Assembly: GCF_009914755.1 (NCBI RefSeq)
Contig: NC_060943.1
Strand: one strand, 5' to 3'
From: the human T2T-CHM13v2.0 reference genome, Homo sapiens
Length of the DNA stretch: 64,000 bases
Made by a program: the position numbers and the translations under genes. Shown piece after piece: positions 48,049-64,000 of this stretch (position 1 is its first letter; each line of letters opens with the position of its first letter). Below the pieces are notes generated by a model. It did no database searches. It had not been told where the DNA came from and was given only the letters and a program-made list of their open reading frames with translations.

Positions 48049-48136
48049 CTGCTCCAGGCTCTCGATGTCTGCCCGGAAGCCTGACAGCAGGGGCACCTCC
48101 AGGACAGCCATATTGGAAGACCCTGCATGCAGCCAC
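48049..48136 (-). CDS. CPAMD8: CPAMD8 coding exon ([29 protein letters not shown])
   Basis: ggaag/gtgagg; 88 nt, phase 2 to 0; SNMAxxxVxxxSGF A2M-family motif (not in the ORF track). Confidence 0.95.
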
Positions 48137-48779
48137 CTTCCAACAACAGGGGAGAGAGAGAGGCCCTAGAGCTCAAGCCCAGAGGTGGAATTCAAGGTCC
48201 CCTCTCCCCCTGGAGCCCACACAGCTGATGTCCCAGGAAGCCTGCCCTGGGGCCTGGCCGGCAGGCCAACAGCACACACATCCTTGGCTCGGTCAACTCA
48301 GTCAACCTATTTTACAGCAGGGACACTGAGACCAGAGGGAAAGGGCCTTGCCAAGGGCTCTAGGCCTGACCAGGTCTCTTGACTAAGCATTGTGTTCTGT
48401 CCTGGACTTCACTCTGTGTCCCCAGCCTGGGAAGCAGCTGGCGACCCCACTCTGGACATGGTTGCACAGAGCAGCCACAGCTCAGGTGCTTCAACACTGC
48501 CACCCTGCAGGAGACTCTGGGAAATCAACCCCCTAGCTCCGGCCTCAGTTTCTCCTTCTGTAACATGGTGGGGCGGGGAGGGAGGTAACTGGGCACTCTC
48601 TGGAGCCTGCAATATGCCAGGCGCTTCCTATAGGGCGTTGGGGACAAGGAAGAGGAAGCCAACATTCAGAGTGGAGCTTGCAGCTGCGGGGAGTGCACCA
48701 AGCTGGACTCTGATTTCCAGAACTTTCTGAGATGGGGAACTTGGACACATTCGGGCTGAGAGTCAAGGTCAGGGCAGCC

Positions 48780-48876
48780 GTTACCGGGGTAGCGGCTCTG
48801 ATGGGCTGCGAGTGTCATGGCAACCACTCACCCACCAATCGTCGCCATGGTGACAAGCATCCATCACCATGGCAAC
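48780..48876. promoter_or_regulatory. Cluster of four RFX X-box-like palindromes plus CCAAT
   Basis: GTTACCGGGGTAGC, AGTGTCATGGCAAC, GTCGCCATGGTGAC, ATCACCATGGCAAC; CCAAT at 48835-48839. Confidence 0.55.
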
Positions 48877-49073
48877 AAACATCTTCTTAGGGTGAGGGCC
48901 CGCTGCGGCCGGGTCCCAGGCTCACTCTTGGAAACCAAGGGGTCTGGTGCTGGTGTTATCGGGCAGGGACCAGTGTCCCAGCCACACATCGCTGTCCCCA
49001 TCCAGCCCACCCGCCCCGACCATACTGGAGTCTTCTGTGTCCATTTGCTTTTCTTTCATTCATTTCAAAAACT

Positions 49074-49702
<629 letters not shown>

Positions 49703-50399
49703 CTGGGGGGTGTTGGAGGATGGAGGCTTAGGGACCTGGGCCCTCCATAACAGGTGCAGGGTAGGGGAGGAGAAGGGCAGTGGGGAGGTGGGAACAGCCA
49801 GAATTATGAGGACAATGACATCCATGACAGTTTTAGAGACTACCGTTATTCGTTTTAGCCTTGAAATCACTGAAGCGGGTGTAGGTACAATCATCAGACC
49901 AGTTTTATGGATCTGGGGTGCAGAGCTGTGCTCAGCTATGTCTGAGTTTAGGGGTCTCCCTCTCATCCACAGTGTTATCTGAGCTCCCATTTTAGAGATC
50001 AGAAAACGGAGGCTAGCGAGAGTCATCGCGGGAAACTTGCCCTCTGACTGCCAGTCAGAACCCGTGACATGCACCTGCCCCAGCCTGGTCTGGGGCTAAA
50101 TCCAGGCCACAGCAGGGGGAATGACCTCGAGCCCTTAGGCAAATCTGCTTGAGTCAATGGGTCAGAGATCCCTGGACTGAGGGTCAAATGGACCCTCTCA
50201 GGTGTGGGGGTGGCACACCTGAGAGGACCCATGGCCACCTGCCTTGGGCAGTATTAGAAGGCTGAAAACCTGTCCTGCAGTCTGGCATGCTGCTGAGTTC
50301 AGAACCCTCTGGGGGTCCCTGGGGTTCCACTGTGTGATTGGAGGGAATGGGGCACAGGAGGACAAGCCCAAGATCACCTCGTGCTCCCCAAAACCTCAC

Positions 50400-50462
50400 C
50401 TGCATCAGGCAGCAGCCGTCCCCCTTGGCACTCACAAACAGCCCCGTGGGGAGGCTGGGGAT
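50400..50462 (-). CDS. CPAMD8: CPAMD8 coding exon ([21 protein letters not shown])
   Basis: tccag/gtgagg; 63 nt, phase 0-0. Confidence 0.95.
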
Positions 50463-50540
50463 CTGGAGACAGAAGTCACCGTGAGGCCCTGCTGACCCCT
50501 CCTCCAACAACCCCCAAACCCTCATCCCAGGAACACGCAC

Positions 50541-50696
50541 CGCTGCTGTCTGCAGAACCTTCTGGTTGGTCCTGTGCAGCTCGAAGGTTTCCTGGTAGTC
50601 CAGGTTGGTGGAGGCCAGGGAGACAGTGAGGTTGATGCCTCCAGCATAGGACAAGATGGCATATTCAGCCAAGGCCTGCAGAGCCACGCAGGTGTC
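50541..50696 (-). CDS. CPAMD8: CPAMD8 coding exon ([12 protein letters not shown]...KVLQTAA)
   Basis: cccag/gtgcgt; 156 nt, phase 0-0. Confidence 0.96.
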
Positions 50697-51064
50697 CTGG
50701 GGATGGAGGAGGAGACGGCCATCAACCCTGAGACTGAGTTGGCCAGTGGTCCCCTGAACCCCGTCTTGGAAGCCTAGCCTAAAACAGGCACCAACGGGGC
50801 TGGAATAGAGACTGGACCCAGTGCAGACACCCATGGCACTGGGGGCCTCAGGACAGCCAGGTTGGTGTGTCCCCAGAGGCAGAGGCTGGGCTCCCATGGA
50901 GGATCCAGGGGCATCTGTCCCTCACCCCCAACCCCTGCCCTCTTTGGGGCTCCATAAGGTGAGAAGGGGCCAGACTGCCTGGCCACCTCAGAGCTCAAAA
51001 CAAGGACTGCAGGGACCCCACCCACCCAGCCCTGAGCCCCTCCCTCTGGCCCTGCCCGGCTCGC

Positions 51065-51201
51065 CTGAGTGGAGGAGAAGCCCCCAAGTGCATTTCGCTG
51101 CTGGGACAGCCACTTCACCACAGGCAGGGCGGCAGCCACGTCACCCAGCAGAGTGTAGGTCAGAAGGGCGTAGGCTGTCATTTCCACCTCGGCCGAGACC
51201 A
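51065..51201 (-). CDS. CPAMD8: CPAMD8 coding exon ([13 protein letters not shown]...[16 protein letters not shown]), GC donor
   Basis: tgcag acceptor; CAG/gcgagc donor is required to form the conserved GGFSSTQ-DT motif; 137 nt. Confidence 0.94.
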
Positions 51202-51304
51202 CTGCAATGGAAGAGGCCCACTGGGGACTTTTGACACAGGGACATGGACCCAGTGCATGGAGGTATGGCCAAGGCAGGCACCCGGGAGCTGGGGTGGCCA
51301 GTAC

Positions 51305-51391
51305 CTGACTGAGAGACCCTGTCACTGAAGCTCAAGAATGTGCCCTTGTCCACGTCCCAGGAATTTGACAGGCTCCAGTGGGTGACCCCAT
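51305..51391 (-). CDS. CPAMD8: CPAMD8 coding exon ([17 protein letters not shown]...VSQS)
   Basis: tgcag/gtactg; 87 nt, phase 1-1. Confidence 0.94.
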
Positions 51392-51797
51392 CTGCAAGGA
51401 AAGGAGTGGTCAAGAGCTATAACCCACCCAGTGTGTAGCCTGGCATCCCATGGAGCGCATCCAAGCATGGGGTCTAAAGAAAAGGTATTGTGGGACCCCA
51501 GTGGGAGAAGAGTATCAGGGGAAGACAGCTGGAACAGGAAGGGCCTTGGGGCTCCATCTCAGATCTGCAAACCTATGGCAGCCCCAGCCCTTCCTGTGCC
51601 CCTGGCAGACATCGTGAATCAATGGCTACCCAACCTTACCCCTGGCAGACATCACTAATCAAAGGCCACCTTCCCCTTCCTGGACACAGACATCACTAGT
51701 CAATAGCCTCCCTCCTGACCAGGTACTGATCCAGCCCCTGATGTTCCTACTTAGTGCCCAAGCAGCCACACTCGACTTGCAAAGGCTCAAAGATTCT

Positions 51798-52430
<633 letters not shown>

Positions 52431-53089
52431 GGCTCCAAGGATTCTGAGCTCGCATGAGGTGTAAAGACTCTCAAATCCAGAGAGAAACCAGCCCACCACC
52501 ACCACCTCCCACTCCATCCCTGGATCCTCTTTAAACTTTTTTCTTTCGGAAGCAATGAAAACAATTCTTCAGGTGGCATCTTAATGCTTAAGCAGAGAAA
52601 CCTGTCTGAGCCCCAGTGCAGCTGCTGGGGGTAGGGGTGGAGTGGGGAGGTCTGGGTGAAGTAGGAGGAGACTAAGTTTGGGGGCATTCTGAGAAAGTCA
52701 AAGCTCAGGGATTGGAGTCCCAGTGGGGTGATGATTTTGTAGGTGGGGAGACTGACAGCTCAAAAAAGCTTTCCAGGGCTCACTCAGCAAGTGGAGGGAA
52801 GGGTGGAAGCGAGACCCAACCCTCCCCTGTCTCCCAGCACCCCTGTCCTGGGATGATTTCCAGGAAGCCTGGCCGGAGGCGGGGGATGCGTTCTCTGCTG
52901 GGGATCCCTCTCTGAGAACTCCCCTTCCAGAGGGGTTGGCACCCCAGATTTCACAGGCAAGGAAAGTGATGCTTGGGGCTGGTGTGACTTGGACAAGCCA
53001 CTTCCTCAAATAAAGTCACTAGCAGATGCGATAATGAATGAATACTATAATCAACAAAGCAATTGACAAGCAAAAGGCATCTCGTCAGT

Positions 53090-53679
<590 letters not shown>

Positions 53680-53765
53680 TGATAAATATGTTCATGAGTT
53701 GTTTACCAGACTCCACAGTGGGCTTCCCGACGCTGTGGCCTCTGGGGAGGGCCAGGGACACCTAC

Positions 53766-53931
53766 CTCGCATGATGGCCAGGCTACGGAGCTTGCGCAGT
53801 GCCTCAGGGGCTGCCGGGCTGCGGAGCAGGGTCAGCGCGTAGGTAGTCAGGGCACAGCTATAAGGGTCCATGGCCAGGGGCACAGCAGACTCCAGGAAGT
53901 GCCTCGCTTTGTCAGTGGAGCCTCTCTCCTC
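53766..53931 (-). CDS. CPAMD8: CPAMD8 coding exon ([15 protein letters not shown]...[15 protein letters not shown]...AIMR; thioester domain)
   Basis: ctgcag/gtagg; 166 nt, phase 0 to 1. Confidence 0.96.
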
Positions 53932-54069
53932 CTGCAGGGTGGGGTGGGAAGGTGAAACCTGGGAGGCTGCTCTGCCCCCATCCCACCCACCCACTGGCTT
54001 CTGAGGCATCCCCGAGGAGAGCTCTGGGTGACTCCTAGCCCCTTGCTTTGCATCCTTCTGTGGCTCTCA

Positions 54070-55200
<1,131 letters not shown>

Positions 55201-56192
55201 AAGCTGGCTCCTAAGACCTCCACAGCCCAGGCCCTCCCCAGCCTCCAGGCCTGGTCACCTCCTTAGAGAAGCCCACCAGCCCTGCTCATGCCCTCCCTAG
55301 AATGTGATCTGTTGGAAGACAGGGACCAAGTCCAGAATCTACTGATGGTTTTGGTTCAGAGAAGCTGCCCAATAATATTATGTGGAAGAAATGAGTGACC
55401 AGAAGCATTAACAAATTTAGCAATGGAACCAGAGTCTTCTGGTGGCCCAATAGAGGTATGGAGTTGAGCTAACTCTGCTTTCGGAACTGTCCTGGTCATA
55501 GAAAGAATGTTTCCAAAGCTTTCCATCCTTAGACCAGGACAAACGTGGGAACTGTCCCTAAGGTGTGACATTGAGATGCCCTTTGGGAGGCATGTGCCAG
55601 GGATGAACCCGGCTGACTAGCCAGACCCTAGGACTGGCCCTCACAAGTCCATTGCCTGGGGGTGGGGGAAGGTTGGACATCCCCATCCCAGGGGCAGGAA
55701 CAGTGACATGGGAGTTACCCCAGGTCACGCGGGCCAGGACGGGTCTCAAGGACGCTGCGGAGACCACACCAAGCAGGGATGGACCCAGCCCGGCCCCAGC
55801 TGTGCAGATCCTCCCGTTTACAGACAAGCGGATGCAACGGAACTCCAAGGGGTCAAGGTCATTTGCTGGTTGCCCCCCAGCTCATCTGATTCCAGCACAG
55901 GTGTAGCGGGTTGAACGGTGGCCCACCAAAAAGATATATTCCCTGGGACCTGTAAATGCTGACTTATTTAGGAAATGGGTCTTTGCAGATGTAATTAAGA
56001 GTCTTGAGATGAGATCACCTTGGATTAAGGTGGCCTCAAATCCAATGACAAATATCTTTAAAAAATTTTTTTTGGCTGGGCACGGTGGCTCACGCCTGTA
56101 ATCCCAGCACTTTGTGAGGCCGAGGCAGGTGGATCATGAGATCAGGAGATCGAGACCATCCTGGCTAACATGGTGAAACCCCATCTCTACTA

Positions 56193-56996
<804 letters not shown>

Positions 56997-56999
56997 TGA

Positions 57000-57293
<294 letters not shown>

Positions 57294-57299
57294 TAAATT

Positions 57300-57594
57300 A
57301 GTGACAGGTCTCACTATGTTGCCCAGGCTGGAGTGCAGTGGCTATTCATACGCACGATCTCCCTACTGATCAGCACAGGAGTTTTGACCTGCTCCATTTC
57401 TGACCTGGGCCAGTTCATCCCTCTTTGGACAACTTGGTCATCCTGCTCTCAAGAGGTCACCATATTGATGCTGAACTTAGTGCAGACACTTGATTGGTGC
57501 AGTGCACTACAGCCCAGAACTCCTGGGTCAAGCAATCCTCCTGCCTCAGCCTCCCGAGTAGCTGGGACTACAGGAATGCCCTGCTGCACATGGC
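57300..57594 (-). pseudogene. Full-length 7SL (SRP RNA) processed pseudogene
   Basis: Contains the S-domain (reverse of CACTAAGTTCAGCATCAATATGGTGACCTC and GGAGCAGGTCAAAACTCC) between Alu-domain ends; many substitutions; adjacent poly-T. Confidence 0.92.
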
Positions 57595-57916
57595 AACAAG
57601 TGTTGTTTAAGAGACGAGAAGGGGAGAAGACAGAGGAGAAGGTCACACGCAGACAAAGGCAGGGGCTAGAGTGATGCAGCCACAAGCCAAAGAATGCCTG
57701 GGGTCCCTGGAAGCTGGAGGCAGCAAAGAAAGCTCTTCCCTTAGAGCCTGCAGAGGGAGCAAGGGCCTGCCAATGCCTTGATTTTGCACTTCTGGTCTCC
57801 AAAGCAATGAGAATGTATTTCTGTTGTTTTAAGCCACCCAGTTTGTGGCAATTTGTTATGGCAGCCACAGGAAATGAAGACAGCAGGTTTTGCCTCCTTT
57901 GGGGAACGATCTAAGA

Positions 57917-59081
<1,165 letters not shown>

Positions 59082-59276
59082 ATCTAAGAGACCAGAACTC
59101 AGAAGACCAGGGAGAAACAACTGCTGCCCTGCAGGGCAGGCCTTCAGGTTCAGAAGAGAAATAGGTTGGAAGGCTATGGAGAAGGCAGAAAAAGATTCTT
59201 GGGAGAAGTGAAGTGACCTCAAGGGATAGGAAGGAGGTAGAGGGCCTGTTGAGTGTTCACTGAAGACATAAGGGAG

Positions 59277-59573
59277 GGCCAGGCATGGTGGCTTATGCCT
59301 GTAATCCCAGTACTTTGGGAGGCCAAGGCAGGAGGATCACCTGAGGTCAGGAGTTTGAGACCAGCCTGGCCAACATGGTGGAACCTGGTCTCTACTAAAA
59401 ATACGAAAATTAGCCGGATGCAGTGGCACATGCCTGTAGTCCCAGCTACTCGGGAGTCTGAAGCTGCCATGCCATGGATCCCACCCTGCAAGGGGACTCA
59501 CAGCCCTCACCCCAAGCCAAAGAGAATCACTTGAACCCAGGAGGCGGAGGTTGCAGTGAGCTGAAAAAAAAAA
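59277..59573 (+). mobile_element. 3'-truncated Alu carrying a ~56-bp non-Alu insertion (59465-59520)
   Basis: Alu consensus breaks at GGGAGTCTGAAGC and resumes at AGAGAATCACTTGAACCC. Confidence 0.9.
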
Positions 59574-59599
59574 GTCTCACCTCAAGATATGTGTCATAA

Positions 59600-59890
59600 A
59601 AGTGTACATATCTTGTTGTCCATAGTGATATGGACAATGAGAAGATTGGAAAGCTTCCAGAGGAGAGAACAAACGAGATACAAAGGATAGTACTCAGAAT
59701 GACATCCGACTTCTCAGTGGAACACAGGAAACTAGAAGATGATAGAACATCATCAATTATTCTACAGGAAAACAATTTCCAACCTGGAATTCTATACCCA
59801 GCCCAGCTATCATACAGGGCCAGAATAAGAATATTTGCAGACATGCAACGTCTCAAAAAATGTGCCTCCCAAAACCCTTTCTCAGTAAAG
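59600..59890 (+). mobile_element. Ancient L1/HAL1 ORF1 remnant
   Basis: Translation LRMTSDFS...LQENNFQPGILYPAQLSY...IFADMQRLKK resembles L1 ORF1p IRLTADFS...LKEKNFQPRISYPAKLSF. Confidence 0.75.
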
Positions 59891-60050
59891 GAGGGTAGCA
59901 ATTGTGCAGCATCCTGGGTGCTGTCCATTCCAACTCGAGTGGGGGCCAAGGGCTCTGGCAGGGAAGTTTCCAGAAAAATGCATTTGGGAGGTGACATATT
60001 TGACCACTTCCATGGGAGATGTGGAGGAGGACTTCTGAGGTATGAGGGGG

Positions 60051-60443
60051 TGTCATGGAATACGTGTGATCTTCCTCAGAATCCATATGTTGAAGCTCTA
60101 ACTCCTAATATGATGGTATTAGGAGTTGGGGACCTTTGAGAGATAATTAGGTTTAGACTGAGGTCACGAGGATGGGGCCTCCAAAATAATAGGATTAGTG
60201 TCCTTATATGAAGAGGAAGAGCACTAGAGCTCTCTCTCCACATGCACACACTAGGGAAACGCCATGTGAACATACAGTGAGAAGGTGGCAGTCAACAAAT
60301 CAGGAAGAGAGCCCTCACCAAGAACCAAATCTGCCTGTGCCTTGGTCTTGGACTTCCCATCCTCTAGAACTGTGCAAAATAAATGCCTATTGTTGAAGCC
60401 ACTTACTCCATGGTATTTTGTTTCTGCAGCCCAAGCTAAGACA
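60051..60443 (+). mobile_element. MLT1A-like MaLR LTR
   Basis: TG..CA ends; CATATGTTGAAG..CTAACTCCTAATATGATGGTATTAGGAG; TCTAGAACTGTG..AAATAAA. Confidence 0.8.
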
Positions 60444-61233
60444 GGGCATTAGGAATTCAGCATAAGAATTTGGTCAGGGGAGAACCAATTCAGCCCATAA
60501 CACAAGGCAAGGGGCCCTCTGGACATTGTGCATGGTGGGGGCGGTCTTAGGTCACAGCAAACTGTAGACCCACTAGTTGTCTGGATTGTGAGACCAAGAA
60601 TCCTGAGAAGTGCCCAAACTCATAATTTATCATGAGAGATTGTAGAATTGATGTAGGTATTAGGGAGGGCAGATTCTTCTCACCCAGGGCTGAGATCCAT
60701 CGTGGAAGCCTTCTCTGCAGAGACTGTGCCATCCCCCACCCCAGGAAAGCCTCATAGAAGAGACTATGGCCCTCAAGTCTCTTGGGCCATCTAAGCCCCA
60801 TCCAGTACCAACTGTCTCTGAATATCCTAACCCCTTTCCCTGCAAAAACATGCATGAGCCCAACATTTTGTAGGGTTCCCTGAAGCCAACCCTTGGGTCA
60901 CTGGCCAGGAACCTGAACTAGCCTGAAATGATTCTCTGAAGGAGGTCTAGGGGCTGTGGACAGTCATGGGAGGCTCTGTACTCAGGGCACCTCCCCAGCC
61001 CCCAACATGTGCCCAATTTCCCCCTAGTAGCATGGGAATCTCTCTCTCCTCTGCTCAGATTACAAGAAACTGGATGTAATGTGACCATTGTTGATGAAAA
61101 GCATGAAAAAGCCTCGATAATGAGCAGAAGGAGGGCAGGGAGGAAGAAATCACCCCTGGCATAAAGGAGGGAACCTTCCATTTGCTCCTCCAGTGCCCAG
61201 CCCCGAGTCTCCCCAAACCCCTTCTGTACTCAC

Positions 61234-61308
61234 CTCTGAGGCTGTGCCTGTTTCCAGGAGAGCAACCACCACGTAGGCTGTCAGCGGGACAGTGCCGTGG
61301 ATCCCACC
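61234..61308 (-). CDS. CPAMD8: CPAMD8 coding exon ([25 protein letters not shown])
   Basis: tgcag/gtgagt; 75 nt, phase 0-0; LTAYVxxALLE thioester-domain motif (not in the ORF track). Confidence 0.95.
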
Positions 61309-61466
61309 CTGCAAGGGGACTCACAGGCCTCACCCTAAGCCAAAGGAGACAGTCCACTTCCCCCCACTTCCCCCAGGCAGCTCCAGGGAGTAGGAACAGG
61401 CAGGTCAGGGCTGGGGCTCTGGGAGGAGGTGAGGGGCCCGGGAAGGAGGCTCAAGGGGCCACTCAC

Positions 61467-61623
61467 CTGGATGTCCTTGTTCAGGACCCTGCCCACGGCC
61501 AGGAAGGAGCCATCGGCCTGCTGCTGCTGGATGATCCAGCTCTTGGCGGCAGCCAGCTCCCGGGGGTCCACGAAGATAAAGCTGCGAGCCTGTGCGAAGG
61601 ACTTCAGGACAAAGGCTGTGAGC
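61467..61623 (-). CDS. CPAMD8: CPAMD8 coding exon ([19 protein letters not shown]...QQQADGSF...VLNKDIQ); the gene continues beyond the window
   Basis: ttcag/gtgagt; 157 nt; WLTAFV and QxxDGSF A2M/C3 motifs. Confidence 0.96.
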
Positions 61624-62614
61624 CTGAAAGAGGACAGGGTGTCAGCTGAGGGGTTGCAGAATGGTCAGCCCCCACATGCTGGCTGAGGGATTGCAGCAAG
61701 CTCCTGGCACCACCCCCGGCCTCCATTTCCTCATCTATAAGATGGGAGGGGTCCCATCTGTCCCCACAGGGCTGTCAGAGTGGAGGAGGGGGCACATTGC
61801 CCAGCACCCAGTGGGGCTTGAAGACGGAGCTCTCTCCTTCCTACCTGGACCTCTACCCTAGTGGCATTCAGGTCTGCTCCTTGCTCGGCACTCAAGGCCC
61901 TTCTGTGAGCTGGTCTAGCCCTGCCTGTCCTGCCATGTGAGGAAGACCCTTCTGGTTGCCGACCTCACAGCCATTTCTTGCTTGGTCCTTGCCAAAAGGC
62001 CCCTGATCTCATTCAGGGGCCAGCAGCCATGTGCCCTGGAGATCTGTGCTTCTCTGTGGTCCCAGCCAGCCAGTCATGGGCATTCCAGTTTCTGAGCCTG
62101 GGAATGGCTTTGGAATGGGCATGTGATGCAATGCTGGGAGCAGCTGCAGCCATTTTGCCACCATGAGGGGTGCAGCCATGTGCCAAGGGAGGGAATACCC
62201 AGGGATGGAAGGAAAAAAACGAGCCCCAGTGCACTATGGGGCTGCTGAATTAGCCAACCATAGCACCTCCCCAGCCCTGCAGTGTGAGCTGATGTTCAGA
62301 ATTGCTCTCCAGCCCGTTTTCTGTTGTTTTCAGCCAAAAACATCTCTGTTATGTGGCCTGTCCCTCATCCACCCCATCTCCCTTGCCCTGCTTTTGCAGG
62401 TGCCACCCTGAGTAAGAGCTGGCAAGGCCAGGGAATGAATGCATGAACAAATGAAGGAGAGAAGCACAGGATGGAAGCCAGGAGGCCATGAGGGATGAAA
62501 ACCAAAATTGTCAGGAGAGGAAACTTCGCAAATTCAGGATCAATGAATAAGCTGTCTTCAAAATCAAGTGGCTCTAGGCTCTTTATATGAACCACAAAAA
62601 TGGGATGCATTAGC

Positions 62615-63674
<1,060 letters not shown>

Positions 63675-64000
63675 TTAGCCAGGAGACCCCATGGCTCCCA
63701 GGCTCATCCCCACCCCATTACCAGCTATGCACACTGCAACCAGGGGGAAACTCCATGCATTTTGGGCACGGCAGGGAAAGGAGGCAAGGACAGAACCAAG
63801 CCAGCTGTGTGCTGGGAATTGTGGAATTCCCATGGTCTAGCATACTGTGCTCTCTACTTTCCCACTGTAAAACGCAAACAGGATAAATGTTATCAAGTGA
63901 TAAAAAGAAATGAGCTCTCAGCCGGATTCAGTGGCCCATACTTGTAATCCTAACACCTTGGGAGGCTGAGGCAGGAGGATCAGTTGAGGCCAGGAGTTTG

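Noticed and set aside
51598-51720. Three ~40-bp imperfect repeats (CCCCTGGCAGACATCACTAATC)
   Set aside because: Resembles an old hAT (MER102-like) remnant with local duplication; no further support
53881-53883. Possible CPAMD8 missense variant (Val in ESAVPL)
   Set aside because: I cannot verify the reference residue without a database
57300-57594. Functional SRP RNA gene
   Set aside because: Numerous substitutions, CpG decay, a poly-A tail and no upstream 7SL promoter context indicate a retro-pseudogene

Overview
Human (primate) genomic DNA. I recognise it from the translated proteins as the SIN3B - F2RL3 - CPAMD8 region of chr19p13.11. It holds the 3' three-quarters of the SIN3B coding sequence (+ strand, 13 coding exons from 973 to the stop at 25570, including a 96-nt cassette exon; polyA signal ATTAAA at 27168). 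It holds the complete two-exon F2RL3/PAR4 gene (+ strand, 385 aa). It also holds the last 15 coding exons of CPAMD8 (- strand, 61623 to the stop at 39945), tail-to-tail with F2RL3. All exon phases were checked by hand and join in frame. The non-coding part is rich in Alus (many nested) and also has MaLR/ERV1 LTRs, DNA transposons, L1/MIR remnants and a 7SL pseudogene. Repeat family names are from recalled consensus sequences, not RepeatMasker. I see no new multi-gene system. The most notable observations are: (1) a ~52-bp copy of a CPAMD8 splice acceptor and exon start pasted into an Alu 1.8 kb away; (2) a 1.6-kb (GGTCT/GGTTT)n array in SIN3B with 803 nt lacking adenine, which is also a dense SMAD-element (GTCTG/CAGAC) array; (3) a cluster of four RFX X-box-like sites plus CCAAT in a CPAMD8 intron; (4) a minisatellite with 16 RBFOX UGCAUG motifs just upstream of a SIN3B exon whose donor hides an in-frame stop; (5) a RUNX/KLF/SP-motif minisatellite; (6) transposon-supplied splice and polyA signals in SIN3B and F2RL3; (7) three stop-free 3n introns and a GC-AG intron in CPAMD8.
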